Part shown: piece after piece, positions 1 to 9,930 of the stretch
Layout of the letters: each line of letters begins with the position of its first letter
Numbering within the stretch: the first letter of the stretch is position 1
The notes under the pieces: generated by a model
Databases searched by the model: none
Seen by the model: only the letters and a program-made list of their open reading frames with translations
What the model was told of the DNA's origin: nothing
Translations under genes and position numbers: made by a program
From: Patescibacteria group bacterium
Lineage (GTDB): Bacteria > Patescibacteriota > Patescibacteriia > JAXHNJ01
NCBI GenBank assembly: GCA_041649715.1
Contig: JBAZMP010000002.1
Location: 132,964-196,963 of the forward strand
Direction: 5' to 3'
Length of the DNA stretch: 64,000 nt

Positions 1-1
1 G

Positions 2-2053
2 AATCTTTTCGGTTGGGGAAAATTCATCTTTCCTTTCTTGCTTTTGATCATCGGCTATTTTCTTCTGAAACCGGAGCAGTATCGTCTTAAGTCTGCCAAT
101 TATCTTGGCCTTATTTTCTTTATCCTGAGCTTTTCTGGTCTTCTCCACCTCTTTATAAAATTGGAAGAAGCCGTAGAAAAAATACCCGAAGGAGTCGGGG
201 GCGGCTACGCCGGGTTGGTTTTAAGCTATCCCCTTCAAAAAATCATGGGTTTTTGGGCCAGCCTTATCGTTCTGCTAGCCATTTTTGTCATTTCCCTGTT
301 GGTCATGTTCAATACTTCTTTGCAGAATATCGCGGATAAAAGAGGTTGGATCAATTATTTTTTTGGAAGAATCGGAGCCATTTTTTCCCGTCCTCCTAAA
401 CTCTCCGAATCTTATGAACCGACCAGTTTTACCCGGCGGGATATTGCTAAAGAAGTTATGGAGAGGGAAGAAGAAAAATCCGCCAAAGGCGAATCCGCCT
501 CGGGCGGAGAAAAGAAAGGTCAAACCGCCATACCTACGTTAGAAAAACCGAAAAAAATCCGGCGCGAAGTTCATATTTCTTTGGATCTTCTGGATAGTTC
601 TTCAAGTAAACCTAGAAGTGGCGACATAGAGTTGAATAAGATGAAAATCAAAAAGACTCTGGAAAATTTCGGCATCGCCGTGGAAATGGGCGATGTGAAT
701 GTCGGGCCGACGGTCACTCAATTCACGTTGAAACCCTCGGAAGGGGTAAAGCTTTCCCAAATAACAAGCCTTCAAAATGATATTGCCTTGGCCTTGGCCG
801 CCCACCCCATCCGGATGGAGGCGCCGATTCCGGGAAAATCTCTGGTCGGGATCGAAGTGCCAAACCAAACCGTGGCTTTAGTCAATCTCAAAGAGGTTTT
901 GTCCTCTGATTCTTTCCGTAACCGCCGGTCTAATCTAAGTTTTGCCCTGGGTAAGGATGTTTCCGGCCGGCCTTTATGCGCGGACCTGGATCCTATGCCT
1001 CATCTTTTGATTGCCGGCGCCACTGGATCGGGCAAGAGTGTCTGTATCAACAATATAATCACGAGCTTCATGTTTGCCAACTCGCCGGACGATCTGAAGT
1101 TTATTTTAGTAGATCCGAAAAGAGTGGAATTGACGGTTTATAACAATAATCCTTATCTTTTGTCGCCGGTCATTACCGAGGTTAAACAGACGATTAACGC
1201 CTTAAGGTGGTTGGTTTCCGAAATGGACCGGCGTTTTCAAATTCTCTCGAAGACCGGCAAGAGGGATATTCACGTGTACCACCGGGAAGTGGAAGACGGC
1301 ATGCCCTATATCATTTTGATCATTGATGAATTGGCGGATCTGATGTCAGTCGCTTCGGTGGAAGTAGAATCGGCGATTATCCGTTTGGCCCAGATGGCCC
1401 GGGCGGTCGGTATCCATCTGGTTCTGGCCACTCAGCGGCCGTCAGTCAATGTCATTACCGGGCTCATTAAGGCTAACATCACCGCACGCATTGCTTTTAA
1501 TGTTGCTTCGGCCGTGGATTCGCGCACCATCCTTGATAGCAGCGGCGCGGAGAAGCTTTTAGGGAAAGGCGACATGCTTTTTATTAATTCCGAGTTGTCC
1601 AAGCCTAAGCGGCTGCAAGGTTCGTACGTTTCCGATAAGGAAATTGAAAGAGTGGTGAGTTTTGTCCATGATCAGGCGAAAACCGAATACAATGAAGAAA
1701 TCACGGAAAAATTACAGGAATCACCCCTGGGCTCCAGTATGGAGGATTTGGGTGACGATGCACTGATGAGTCAGGCAAAAGAAGTAATTGCTCGAGCCGG
1801 CAAAGCCTCGGCTTCGCTTTTGCAGCGACGTTTGCGGGTCGGCTATGCCCGGGCGGCCAGAATATTAGATCTAATGGAAAAGCAGCATCTAATCGGCCCG
1901 GCCGACGGCGCCAAACCGCGGGAAGTTTATTTCCGTCTTCCGGATCGGGGAATGGGGCCGGTTGAAAGTAGCGAGCCGGAAGAGAATATTTCTGAAGAAG
2001 AAGCTTTAGATAAACAAGGCGAAAGCGAAAATGAAAACGAAATAGAGGAATAA
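2..2053 (+). CDS. ftsK: DNA translocase FtsK/SpoIIIE, N-terminus cut by window edge
   Basis: Frame is open from base 2, so the listed ORF 38..2053 starts at an internal TTG. Hydrophobic N-terminal helices. Walker A 'AGATGSGKS', Walker B 'IILIIDELADL'. C-terminal winged-helix gamma domain 'LLQRRLRVGYARAARILDLME'. Confidence 0.93.
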   Translation, partial: NLFGWGKFIFPFLLLIIGYFLLKPEQYRLKSANYLGLIFFILSFSGLLHLFIKLEEAVEKIPEGVGGGYAGLVLSYPLQKIMGFWASLIVLLAIFVISLLVMFNTSLQNIADKRGWINYFFGRIGAIFSRPPKLSESYEPTSFTRRDIAKEVMEREEEKSAKGESASGGEKKGQTAIPTLEKPKKIRREVHISLDLLDSSSSKPRSGDIELNKMKIKKTLENFGIAVEMGDVNVGPTVTQFTLKPSEGVKLSQITSLQNDIALALAAHPIRMEAPIPGKSLVGIEVPNQTVALVNLKEVLSSDSFRNRRSNLSFALGKDVSGRPLCADLDPMPHLLIAGATGSGKSVCINNIITSFMFANSPDDLKFILVDPKRVELTVYNNNPYLLSPVITEVKQTINALRWLVSEMDRRFQILSKTGKRDIHVYHREVEDGMPYIILIIDELADLMSVASVEVESAIIRLAQMARAVGIHLVLATQRPSVNVITGLIKANITARIAFNVASAVDSRTILDSSGAEKLLGKGDMLFINSELSKPKRLQGSYVSDKEIERVVSFVHDQAKTEYNEEITEKLQESPLGSSMEDLGDDALMSQAKEVIARAGKASASLLQRRLRVGYARAARILDLMEKQHLIGPADGAKPREVYFRLPDRGMGPVESSEPEENISEEEALDKQGESENENEIEE

Positions 2054-2060
2054 CCTTAAG

Positions 2061-2741
2061 ATGGATTTCAAGCATAAAAAAATTCTGGAAAATAATACTT
2101 TGGGGGAAAAGCTGAAAGGTTTAAGGGAAGAGGCCGGTTTTTCCTTAGAAAAAATAAGTGAAAAATTGGGAATTACAGAAAACTATATCCGGTTTTTAGA
2201 GGAGGGGCATTATGAAAATTTGCCGGGAGAGGTTTACACAATTAGTTTCTTAAAAAAATATGCCCAAGCCCTGTCGATTAACGAAGACAAGGTGATGAAG
2301 TTATACGCCGACGAACGAAAGGTGTATCAAAAACTTAAAAGCAGTGATCATAACATTTATCTGCCGCCTAAAGCAAAAGTGCATTTTTCTTCCTTTAATC
2401 CCAAATTCTTCCGGAACGCCGTCATCGTTCTATTTGTCCTAGCGATTTTGGCCTACTTGGGCTGGGAATTAATGCATGTAATGGCACCCCCTCGCCTGGA
2501 AATCACTTTTCCGCCGGAAAGATATACGACCAGTGAGGAAAATCTTAAAATAACTGGCCAGACCACGCCCGAATCAAAGGTCCTGGTGAATGGCAAGGAA
2601 GTCAGCGTGGACACGGAAGGCAAATTTGCCGAGGAGATTGTTTTAAAAGAAGGGGTGAACGAGATTAAAATCTCCGCTTATAAAAAACAGGATAAAGTCA
2701 GCACCATTACCCGGATGATTTTATACCAATTAGACAAATAA
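2061..2741 (+). CDS. RodZ-like membrane protein with N-terminal XRE-type helix-turn-helix
   Basis: N-terminal HTH '[36 protein letters not shown]'. One central TM helix '[16 protein letters not shown]'. Beta-rich C-terminus. Confidence 0.6.
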   Translation: MDFKHKKILENNTLGEKLKGLREEAGFSLEKISEKLGITENYIRFLEEGHYENLPGEVYTISFLKKYAQALSINEDKVMKLYADERKVYQKLKSSDHNIYLPPKAKVHFSSFNPKFFRNAVIVLFVLAILAYLGWELMHVMAPPRLEITFPPERYTTSEENLKITGQTTPESKVLVNGKEVSVDTEGKFAEEIVLKEGVNEIKISAYKKQDKVSTITRMILYQLDK

Positions 2742-2775
2742 ATTATTAATTTTGGTGGCGGAAAGGATAAAATAT

Positions 2776-3810
2776 ATGGTGAAAGAAAAAATAAAAAAGG
2801 ACAAATCATCAGACCGGTCAAAGGCGGCCTTACTGGCCATTGAGCAGATTAAGGAGAGATTTGGCGCTGGCTCCATCATGAAGTTCGGCGAGGCAAGGAG
2901 CGCGGACGTGCCGGCCGTTTCCACCGGTTGTCTTTCTCTGGATATCGCCCTGGGCGTCGGGGGATTACCGAGGGGTCGCGTGGTGGAAATTTTCGGGCCA
3001 GAAGCTTCTGGAAAGACGACTTTAGCCCAGCACGTGGTGGCGGAAGTGCAGAAGATCGGCGGTTTGGCCGCCTTTATTGACGCGGAACACGCTCTGGATC
3101 CCGTTTATGCCCGTAAAATCGGAGTTAACGTGGACGAACTTTTGATTTCACAGCCTGATACCGGGGAACAAGCCCTGGAAATTTTAGAGACGCTGGTGCG
3201 CTCAAACGGCGTCGACATAGTCGTCATTGATTCGGTAGCGGCTTTAACCCCCAAAGCGGAGATAGAAGGGGAAATGGGTGATCAGCATATGGGCCTGCAA
3301 GCAAGGCTAATGAGCCAGGCTCTGCGTAAACTTACTTCCATTGTCTCAAAATCAAAAACCATCGTCGTTTTCATCAATCAGGTGAGAATGAAGATCGGCG
3401 TTTTTTTCGGTAACCCGGAAACGACCACCGGCGGTATGGCCTTGAAATTTTATTCTTCCGTAAGGATTGAAACCCGAAGGATCGGCCAGATCAAAAAAGG
3501 CGAACAGATCGTGGGCAACCGGACCCGGGCCAAGGTGGTGAAAAATAAGGTGGCGGCTCCCTTTAAATCCACCGAATTTGATATCATGTATAATGAAGGA
3601 ATTTCGGCGGCCGGCGATACGCTAGATACCGCCCTGAATTATGGCGTAATCGTTAAGACTGGAAACAGTTTTACTTACGGCCAGATAAAGTTAGGAGTCG
3701 GCCGTGATAACTCCCGCGATTATCTAAAAGAACATCCGGAGTTGATACAGGAGATTAAAACAAAGGTCTGGGAAGTGGTGAAAAGCCGGGAAAAAAGCGA
3801 CAATACATAA
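2776..3810 (+). CDS. recA: recombinase RecA
   Basis: Walker A 'GPEASGKTT', '[10 protein letters not shown]', L2-loop region '[20 protein letters not shown]'. ATG at 2776 follows 'GGAAAGGA'. The ORF-track start at 2752 is an upstream alternative codon. Confidence 0.97.
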   Translation: MVKEKIKKDKSSDRSKAALLAIEQIKERFGAGSIMKFGEARSADVPAVSTGCLSLDIALGVGGLPRGRVVEIFGPEASGKTTLAQHVVAEVQKIGGLAAFIDAEHALDPVYARKIGVNVDELLISQPDTGEQALEILETLVRSNGVDIVVIDSVAALTPKAEIEGEMGDQHMGLQARLMSQALRKLTSIVSKSKTIVVFINQVRMKIGVFFGNPETTTGGMALKFYSSVRIETRRIGQIKKGEQIVGNRTRAKVVKNKVAAPFKSTEFDIMYNEGISAAGDTLDTALNYGVIVKTGNSFTYGQIKLGVGRDNSRDYLKEHPELIQEIKTKVWEVVKSREKSDNT

Positions 3811-3835
3811 TCACAACTTACATAATATAGAAAAA

Positions 3836-3871
3836 ACCCACCGGCGGCCAGGCGCTTGTCAGTGGGTTTTT
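3836..3871 (+). terminator. recA intrinsic terminator
   Basis: Stem ACCCAC/GTGGGT around a long loop, followed by a T-run. Confidence 0.55.
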
Positions 3872-4481
3872 AGGTTTGAAAAAAGAAAAATTTCAAGAAA
3901 AGAGCGGTCAGGACGGGTACCAGCAGATTGTCGTTGACTTGATAACTAAGGAACTTAATTTCCAAGGCTTCAATAAAGGTGGCGAAAAGGCTGACGGATA
4001 GCCAGATTTTCATCCAGCTCGGCTCGGGAAAAAGAAATTTGAGCGTGAAGAGGCTTAAGGCAAGCCCGGTCAGAAAAAAACCAAAACTGCCGCCCCAAGT
4101 TTTATGACTGCTCGGGAAATGAGGAGAGAAGATATGATGACCGAAGATTTCGGCCATCGGGTCGGCAAAGCCGGCGTAAATTACGGCTAGACAGACGATC
4201 TCTTTTTCCGGAATAAAACTGATGATAAGGTAGCCCAGGGTCAGCCAGAGAGAGCCGGTGAAACGGGTTTTTTCGATTTCTCTAAGGCAGAGGCGCCAAG
4301 GACCCCGGTGGTATTCTTTCAGATGCGGTTCTTTCAGCCGCCTTAAGTCAAGGATCAACATGATAAGAAAAACAGCGCCCGCCAAGCCGATCCTGAAAGG
4401 ATACGGGGCAAAATAGCCGATGAAAAAAGCGCCGGCGGAAGCGGCCCAGTGAAAATATTTCCGTGGCATCAGCAGAGCCAT
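3870..4481 (-). CDS. polytopic membrane protein, CTP-transferase / polyprenol (dolichol-phytol) kinase-like
   Basis: Six or more hydrophobic segments. 'GFADPMAEIFGHH...KTWGGSFGFFLTG' resembles the cytidylyltransferase-family signature. Remote similarity recalled from memory only. Confidence 0.4.
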   Translation of the reverse strand: MALLMPRKYFHWAASAGAFFIGYFAPYPFRIGLAGAVFLIMLILDLRRLKEPHLKEYHRGPWRLCLREIEKTRFTGSLWLTLGYLIISFIPEKEIVCLAVIYAGFADPMAEIFGHHIFSPHFPSSHKTWGGSFGFFLTGLALSLFTLKFLFPEPSWMKIWLSVSLFATFIEALEIKFLSYQVNDNLLVPVLTALFLKFFFFQT

Positions 4482-4551
4482 GAATGATTACCTCCTTTTA
4501 AGGGTTTTAAAGAGCGGTTTAATATCTTAACACATAAATAATTTTTCTGCA

Positions 4552-4574
4552 AAAAAATGGCCGGTGGCCATTTT
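4552..4574 (-). terminator. efp terminator
   Basis: AAAAAAATGGCC-GGT-GGCCATTTT hairpin with flanking A/T runs immediately downstream of efp. Confidence 0.6.
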
Positions 4575-4656
4575 AGATATCTAGATATTAAGATATCAAG
4601 TGGTGGGGCAAGATCGATATCGCAATATCTTAATCGCTCAATCGCTTAATATCTAA
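4575..4656. repeat. AT-rich GATAT/ATATC-type palindromic low-complexity repeat (family also at 39797-39828)
   Basis: 'agatatctagatattaagatatc ... gatatcgcaatatcttaatcgctcaatcgcttaatatct'. The same 'gatattaagatatt' motif recurs after the 38828..39799 gene. Confidence 0.6.
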
Positions 4657-4657
4657 A

Positions 4658-5227
4658 TTACTTATTCACCCTTTCCAAGTATTTTCCCGTTTCCGTATTA
4701 ACCAGGATATCCTCCCCGTTTTTAATGAAGAGAGGCACCTTGATATTATGGCCGGTCTCCAAAATCGCTTCTTTCATCACGGATCCTTGGGCGGTGTCGC
4801 CTCTGACTCCTTCGCTGGTTTGGGTCACTTTCAAGACCATTTTAATCGGGATGACCAGATTGATAGGCCGCTCTTCAAAGCGGAGTATTTCCACATCCGA
4901 ACCCTCTTTGATAAAATTTGCTTTTTCGCCGATCTGTTTTTTATTAAGGGAAAATTGATCGTAGGTGGCGTTATCCATGAAAAAATAGTTTTCTCCTTCT
5001 TTATACAGGAAATTAGCCTTGGTTTGGTTGAGATCGGCTTCTTCGAATTTTTCTCCGCCGCCTTTAAATGTTTTTTCGACGATTGAACCGGTGATCAGAT
5101 TTTTTATTTTAGTGCGCAAGATACCCTTGCTTTGGGCCATTTTGATATGGTCAGAATAGACGACTTGGCAGGGTTCGCCGTCTAATTTAATAAAAACACC
5201 GACTTTTAGATCGTTGAGGGTAAGCAT
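4658..5227 (-). CDS. efp: elongation factor P
   Basis: 'MLTLNDLKVGVFIKLDGEPCQVVYSDHIKMAQSKGILRTKIKNLITG'. Typical EF-P length and KOW/OB architecture. Confidence 0.95.
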   Translation of the reverse strand: MLTLNDLKVGVFIKLDGEPCQVVYSDHIKMAQSKGILRTKIKNLITGSIVEKTFKGGGEKFEEADLNQTKANFLYKEGENYFFMDNATYDQFSLNKKQIGEKANFIKEGSDVEILRFEERPINLVIPIKMVLKVTQTSEGVRGDTAQGSVMKEAILETGHNIKVPLFIKNGEDILVNTETGKYLERVNK

Positions 5228-5239
5228 AGCGCATTAATA

Positions 5240-5467
5240 TTATTTGGGCGTAAAAGGCAATAAGGCCATAAAGCGCGCCCTTTTGATCGCTTCGGCCAGC
5301 TTTCTTTGGTGTTTCATGCAGACGCCTGAACGCCGTCTCGGCGCGATTTTGACGTAAGAGGAAATGAAGCGTTTAATGGTGGCGATATCCTTATAGTCAA
5401 TATCGCTTTGGTTATTGACGCAAAAATAGCAGGGTTTAATTTTTTGTTCTGTCGGGGGTTTAAACAT
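5240..5467 (-). CDS. rpsR: 30S ribosomal protein S18
   Basis: 'CYFC...[14 protein letters not shown]...[33 protein letters not shown]'. ATG at 5467 lies 1 nt after the ssb stop. Confidence 0.93.
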   Translation of the reverse strand: MFKPPTEQKIKPCYFCVNNQSDIDYKDIATIKRFISSYVKIAPRRRSGVCMKHQRKLAEAIKRARFMALLPFTPK

Positions 5468-5468
5468 A

Positions 5469-5894
5469 TTAAAAGGGGATATCTTCCACATTAATTTCTT
5501 CTTCGTTTCCTTCCGCCGCCGGCGTTTCGCCGGGAGTTTCGGCCGCCGGTTGAGGAGCCGTCTCGCCTTTTTTATCCAGCATGATCATGTTGGAAATCAC
5601 GATTTCGGTCCGGTATTTTTTCACCCCTGTCGGGTCGTCCCAGGAGCGGGTTTGCAAACGACCTTCGACATAAACCTTGCTGCCTTTTTTCAAATAAGCG
5701 GAGCAGGTTTCGGCCATTTTGCCCCAGGCGACTATATTGTGAAATTCCGGCTTGTTTTGTCTTTCGCCGGCCTGGTTTTTCCAGACGCGGTTGGTTGCCA
5801 CGCCGAAAGAGCAGACGCTTTGGCCGGAAGGAGTGCTCCGCATTTCCGGATCACGGGTGACATTGCCGATAAGCATGGCTTTATTTAGATTCAT
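5469..5894 (-). CDS. ssb: single-stranded DNA-binding protein
   Basis: OB fold '[36 protein letters not shown]...[12 protein letters not shown]'. Acidic C-terminal tip '...EDIPF'. Confidence 0.95.
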   Translation of the reverse strand: MNLNKAMLIGNVTRDPEMRSTPSGQSVCSFGVATNRVWKNQAGERQNKPEFHNIVAWGKMAETCSAYLKKGSKVYVEGRLQTRSWDDPTGVKKYRTEIVISNMIMLDKKGETAPQPAAETPGETPAAEGNEEEINVEDIPF

Positions 5895-5925
5895 AAGGGT
5901 TGGTCTTAATTAGTTATATTGTTAA

Positions 5926-6390
5926 TTATTCTTTTACGACGTCATCGCCCAAAATTTCATCCAATTTTTTATCCAATTCTTCAATACTCACTTTCTGAAG
6001 TTTTTCCTTGGTCTTTTCTTTAGCCGGTTCCTTCTTAAATATGCGCGGAGCCGGAGCTTCAATGGTCACCGGTCTAGGACGGATTACCTTGGGTTTTTCC
6101 TTAACCGGTTTTTTAATAACCAGCAAAAAACGAAGAATTTCCGTCAACAGTCTTAATTTTTGTTCAAGCGCCGGAAGTTTAGACGGTTCCAGGTCAAAAG
6201 ACAGGAGGTTATAATAGCCCGCGACGGCTTTTTTGATCGGATAAGCCAGCTTTTTTTTGCCCATCATTTCGGTGGCCGTGGCGGTGCCGCCGTCGTTTTT
6301 CACCAAGTTTTCTATTTCGGCCGCCAGTTTGGCGTGTTCTTCGTCAGTAAAATCCGGCCGGATAATATAGAGCATTTCGTAATGTTTCAT
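5926..6390 (-). CDS. rpsF: 30S ribosomal protein S6 with basic/acidic C-terminal extension
   Basis: 'MKHYEMLYIIRPDFTDEE...GYYNLLSFDLEP'. Sits in the conserved rpsF-ssb-rpsR order. Confidence 0.9.
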   Translation of the reverse strand: MKHYEMLYIIRPDFTDEEHAKLAAEIENLVKNDGGTATATEMMGKKKLAYPIKKAVAGYYNLLSFDLEPSKLPALEQKLRLLTEILRFLLVIKKPVKEKPKVIRPRPVTIEAPAPRIFKKEPAKEKTKEKLQKVSIEELDKKLDEILGDDVVKE

Positions 6391-6573
6391 AGGGTATCGG
6401 AATAGGTTAAAGATAAAAAAATAAGCGATTTTTTGCTTAAGAATATTCTAGCACAGACCCGTAAATTAGGCAAGCCTATCAGAGAAGGGAGGTAAAAAAG
6501 CGGGATGAAGGTTAGTTATTATCGGAAAAAAAGACTTTATTTATTCGCTAAAAAGCCGTATAATTGATTTACC

Positions 6574-7836
6574 ATGAACCGTTATTTTTTCATCCTCGGC
6601 CGCAATCAAGCCTTGTCTCTGGCGGAAAGCGCCGCTTTTTTTAGCCGCGAACAGATGGTTTTTAATCCGCTTTATTTAGGCCGGGATTTTTTGGTCTGGG
6701 AGACGGAAAATAAAATTGATTTGAAGGCACTGAATAACCGGTTGGGAGGAGTGATTAAAGCCGGAGAAATATGGGCGGAAAGGCCGAAAAAGCCGGATCT
6801 GCTCGCCGACCTTTCCGAAGCCCTGGGCTTTTCCACTATCAGTAAATTTCTGCCTGTCGGCGCAGAAAAATTATTCTTAGGCTTTAGTCTGTATTTTGAC
6901 GAGGGCAAGAGCTTCATTTATCTGCAAAAAGGCTTGGAAAGGCATTTTTTAAGCCTAAAAAAAGAGATAAAGGAAACCGGCCAAAAATTGCGCTTGGTCA
7001 CTTCGCGCGGCCAGACTCTTTCTTCCGTGGTGGTGAAGAAAAATAAATTATTGACGGCCGGGGCGGAAATCGTCATTTTTGTCACACCCGAAAAAATGTT
7101 TATCGGGAAAACTTCAAGCGTCCAAGATTTTGAGGGTTATAGTTTCCGGGATTTCCAGCGGCCCGGACGGGATATGCGGATCGGTTTGATGCCGCCAAAA
7201 GTTGCCCAAATCATGGTAAATTTAGCGCAGGCCCGGGAAAGTGAGGTCATCTTGGATCCTTTTGCCGGCTGCGGCACGATTTTGCAGGAAGCGATACTCT
7301 TGGGCTATAAAAATTTGGTCGGTTCGGATAATAACCCGCGGGCCTTAAGCCAGACCCGGCAGAATTTAGAATGGTTATGCAGAAATTATAAGATTGACGA
7401 GAAAAAAATCAATGTAAAATTAATGCCGATCGATGTCCGGCAGATATACAAAGACTTAAGCCCCAATTCAGTGGACACAATTGTGACCGAACCATATCTG
7501 GGGCCGGCGCTTGATGATCGACCGGGGGAAGGCAAAATAAGAATGGTGGCGGCTAATCTGAGCCAGCTTTACTTGGATTTTTTCACCGCCATTAAAAGAG
7601 TTTTGAAACCCGGCGGCAAAATAGTCATGATCTGGCCGGTTTTCCGCACTCCGGCCGGCAAGCAGTTTTTGCCGATCTTGGAAAAAGTTCTGGCCAAGGG
7701 TTTTGAAAAAATCAACCTGATTCCCGAAGTTTTTAAGGCCAACGATCTGGAGGAACTAACAAGCCGGGGCTCGATTCTATATTCCCGGGAAGACCAGAAT
7801 GTTTTAAGGGAAATTTTCGTTTTTAAAAATGTTTAG
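6574..7836 (+). CDS. putative RNA (N2-G / N6-A type) SAM-dependent methyltransferase, Trm11/RlmL-like
   Basis: SAM motif I 'ILDPFAGCGTILQEA' and catalytic-type motif 'IVTEPYLG' (NPPY variant). N-terminal THUMP-like region. Confidence 0.7.
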   Translation: MNRYFFILGRNQALSLAESAAFFSREQMVFNPLYLGRDFLVWETENKIDLKALNNRLGGVIKAGEIWAERPKKPDLLADLSEALGFSTISKFLPVGAEKLFLGFSLYFDEGKSFIYLQKGLERHFLSLKKEIKETGQKLRLVTSRGQTLSSVVVKKNKLLTAGAEIVIFVTPEKMFIGKTSSVQDFEGYSFRDFQRPGRDMRIGLMPPKVAQIMVNLAQARESEVILDPFAGCGTILQEAILLGYKNLVGSDNNPRALSQTRQNLEWLCRNYKIDEKKINVKLMPIDVRQIYKDLSPNSVDTIVTEPYLGPALDDRPGEGKIRMVAANLSQLYLDFFTAIKRVLKPGGKIVMIWPVFRTPAGKQFLPILEKVLAKGFEKINLIPEVFKANDLEELTSRGSILYSREDQNVLREIFVFKNV

Positions 7837-8890
7837 AAAAATAAGGCATTTTTGGGTATTTAGCGCCATTTTAGTCGTGGTTGGCGTATTTTTTATTTTT
7901 TATTTTCAGGCGATCGGGGCCCTGAATACGGAGTCAAATTTTAGGGCTGGGGTCGTAAAAATCCCGGAAGAATCCGTTAAGGAAACGTCCGTAATTTTCG
8001 GGGGCGATATCATGCTCGCGCGGACCGTGGAACAAAAGATATTGGCGACCGGGGATTACGCCCTGCCTTTCCGGAAAATATATCAGGAATTTAAAAAAGC
8101 CGATCTGGCCCTTGCTAATTTGGAGTCGCCTTTTTCAGACGGCGGTTCGGCGACCCCGAACGGCAGCACGGTATTCCGGGCCCTGCCCAGAACAATAGAG
8201 AGTTTAAAATTAGCCGGCCTCGATGCGGTTACCTTAGCGAACAACCATTTTGGCGATCAGGGCAATAAAGGCAAACTTTACACCTTTAAGCATTTAACCG
8301 ATAACGGTATTGAATATTGCGGAGCGGGCAATGATTATGACGAAGCGCATACGCCGGTGATTAAAGAGGTTAATGAGATCAAGATCGGTTTTTTGGGCTA
8401 CGGATATCCGGAAACGATGTATGTGGCAACCGGCGATTCGCCGGGGCTCGCCAATATGGATATTGAACAGATGAAAAAAGATATTGAGCGATTAAGCGAT
8501 TCAGCGGACTTTATTGTGGTGACCATGCACGCTGGCGCGGAATACACGCATACACCCGGCAAATCGCAAATCGCATTTTCGCATGCGGCTATAGACGCCG
8601 GCGCCAATTTAGTGATTGGTCATCATCCCCACGTGGTTCAATCAACGGAAAAATATAAAGACGGCTATATTATTTACAGCTTGGGCAATCTGGTTTTTGA
8701 CCAGATGTGGTCAGAGGAAACCCAGCAGGGAGTCGTCGTTAAAGTGATTCTTTCTGATAATAAACTAAAATCAATAGAATTTAAACCCATCCATATTTAC
8801 GATTATAATCAGCCGGATTGGGTCGTCGGCAGCGAAGCGGAAAAGATTTTAGGGGATATGGGATTAAACTCGTTTACCCTGTCATTCTGA
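7829..8890 (+). CDS. CapA-family (PGA_cap) metallophosphatase-like protein
   Basis: Signal/TM anchor, then 'GGDIMLAR', 'ANLESPF', 'TLANNHFGDQG', 'MHAGAEY', 'GHHPHVVQ'. The last codons and stop lie inside a palindromic repeat. Confidence 0.8.
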   Translation: MFRKIRHFWVFSAILVVVGVFFIFYFQAIGALNTESNFRAGVVKIPEESVKETSVIFGGDIMLARTVEQKILATGDYALPFRKIYQEFKKADLALANLESPFSDGGSATPNGSTVFRALPRTIESLKLAGLDAVTLANNHFGDQGNKGKLYTFKHLTDNGIEYCGAGNDYDEAHTPVIKEVNEIKIGFLGYGYPETMYVATGDSPGLANMDIEQMKKDIERLSDSADFIVVTMHAGAEYTHTPGKSQIAFSHAAIDAGANLVIGHHPHVVQSTEKYKDGYIIYSLGNLVFDQMWSEETQQGVVVKVILSDNKLKSIEFKPIHIYDYNQPDWVVGSEAEKILGDMGLNSFTLSF

Positions 8891-8963
8891 GGCCAAAGGC
8901 CGAAGAATCTCGACATTAATAATTTCACATACGTGAGATTCTTTGCTTCGCTCAGAATGACAA
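8879..8963. repeat. palindromic intergenic element, CTGTCAYYCTGAGG...CTCAGAATGACA family
   Basis: 'ctgtcattctgagg..gaagaatctc ... gagattcttt..gctcagaatgacaat'. The arms are inverted repeats. Related to the GTCACCCTGAGG elements at 50.2-52.7 kb. Confidence 0.75.
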
Positions 8964-8967
8964 TAAA

Positions 8968-9016
8968 AAATCCTTCGGCGCCAATAAAAAAGCCCGGGAA
9001 ACTGGATTCTCGGGCG
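8968..9016. repeat. left copy of duplicated ychF-type terminator (direct repeat with 9873-9918)
   Basis: Identical 24-mer 'ttcggcgccaataaaaaagcccgg' at 8974-8997 and 9879-9902. Both copies continue into a GCCCG...CGGG hairpin. Confidence 0.85.
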
Positions 9017-9263
9017 TACTTCATTGAGGAAAGATCCCTTAATTTTTTCTTTTTGTTTTCCGACTGATCAATGTTTCGATCAGTCCCTTGAATAATAGAA
9101 GAAATTGATTAAATGCCATTTCCGCATTACACAGCAGGGAGTTGTTCTTGTCTCCTATGATTACCATTATTCCTTCTTTCTTCTGATTTTTGTTGAAGAA
9201 CAGACTTATTTAATTAATTCACATTTATCAAAATTTTTGTATTGTGTCAATAGCATATAAATA

Positions 9264-9292
9264 ACCCCGGGAAATCCGTTTCCCGGGGTTAG
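9264..9292 (-). terminator. terminator of 9328..9786 gene
   Basis: AACCCCGGG-aaatccgttt-CCCGGGGTT hairpin just downstream of the stop on the minus strand. Confidence 0.6.
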
Positions 9293-9327
9293 CGAAGGTT
9301 AGGGGTGAATGTTATTGAATTCCAGAT

Positions 9328-9786
9328 TCACCGAGTTTTCTTCTTGGGGGGAGGGTAAATTTCTTCTCCTATCTTTTTGAAGATTTGGGATTTCTTCAGC
9401 GATTCGAGTAACGCCTTATGGCTTCTTAGAGAGAGAACGGTTTTTCTTTCCCGGTAGATCGCGAGGGCGAGCAGGCCCGCGTACAATTGCGCAGGGATTT
9501 CACGGTGCTTGTAATCTGAACACTTCGGGTTGAACAGGGCGTAGGGTTTGATGCCAGCGATCGGAATGAATTCGGCGATTATTTTCACCGCCGGCAGGCC
9601 GTGTTCCGAGGCCATGATTCTTTTCGTTTTGACTTCGATCCGGTCAAAGGTTTTTCTGTCTGTCGTCCTTATTTCCATCTCTGTCCCGAATACGTAGTCT
9701 ATCTGTCTCGCCAACACCCTCGCACACAATAAGCGCAGAATATTTTCAAGTTCATTCCGCGATAATTTCTTCTTTCTTTTTGTCAT
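9328..9786 (-). CDS. hypothetical protein (possible PD-(D/E)XK-like motif D..x20..EVK)
   Basis: Preceded by a consensus promoter (TTGACA 9867-9872, N17, TAAGAT 9844-9849, minus strand) and an 'AAGGAGG' RBS. 'IDYVFG...FDRIEVKTK'. No confident family. Confidence 0.6.
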   Translation of the reverse strand: MTKRKKKLSRNELENILRLLCARVLARQIDYVFGTEMEIRTTDRKTFDRIEVKTKRIMASEHGLPAVKIIAEFIPIAGIKPYALFNPKCSDYKHREIPAQLYAGLLALAIYRERKTVLSLRSHKALLESLKKSQIFKKIGEEIYPPPKKKTR

Positions 9787-9843
9787 TTTCCCGGCCTCCT
9801 TGGGGAAAGTTCGTGTCCAGATTCTTTGAATGTGCGCGTAAGT

Positions 9844-9872
9844 ATCTTATTCCACTAATATAAAATTGTCAA
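9844..9872 (-). promoter_or_regulatory. sigma-70-type promoter for 9328..9786
   Basis: Minus strand reads TTGACA-N17-TAAGAT. Confidence 0.55.
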
Positions 9873-9918
9873 GAATCTTTCGGCGCCAATAAAAAAGCCC
9901 GGTAGTGATTTCTCGGGT
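9873..9918 (-). terminator. ychF terminator (right copy of the direct repeat)
   Basis: Minus strand reads ACCCGAGAAATCACTACCGGGCTTTTTTATTGG, 12 nt after the ychF stop. Confidence 0.75.
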
Positions 9919-9930
9919 AATTTTTTTATA

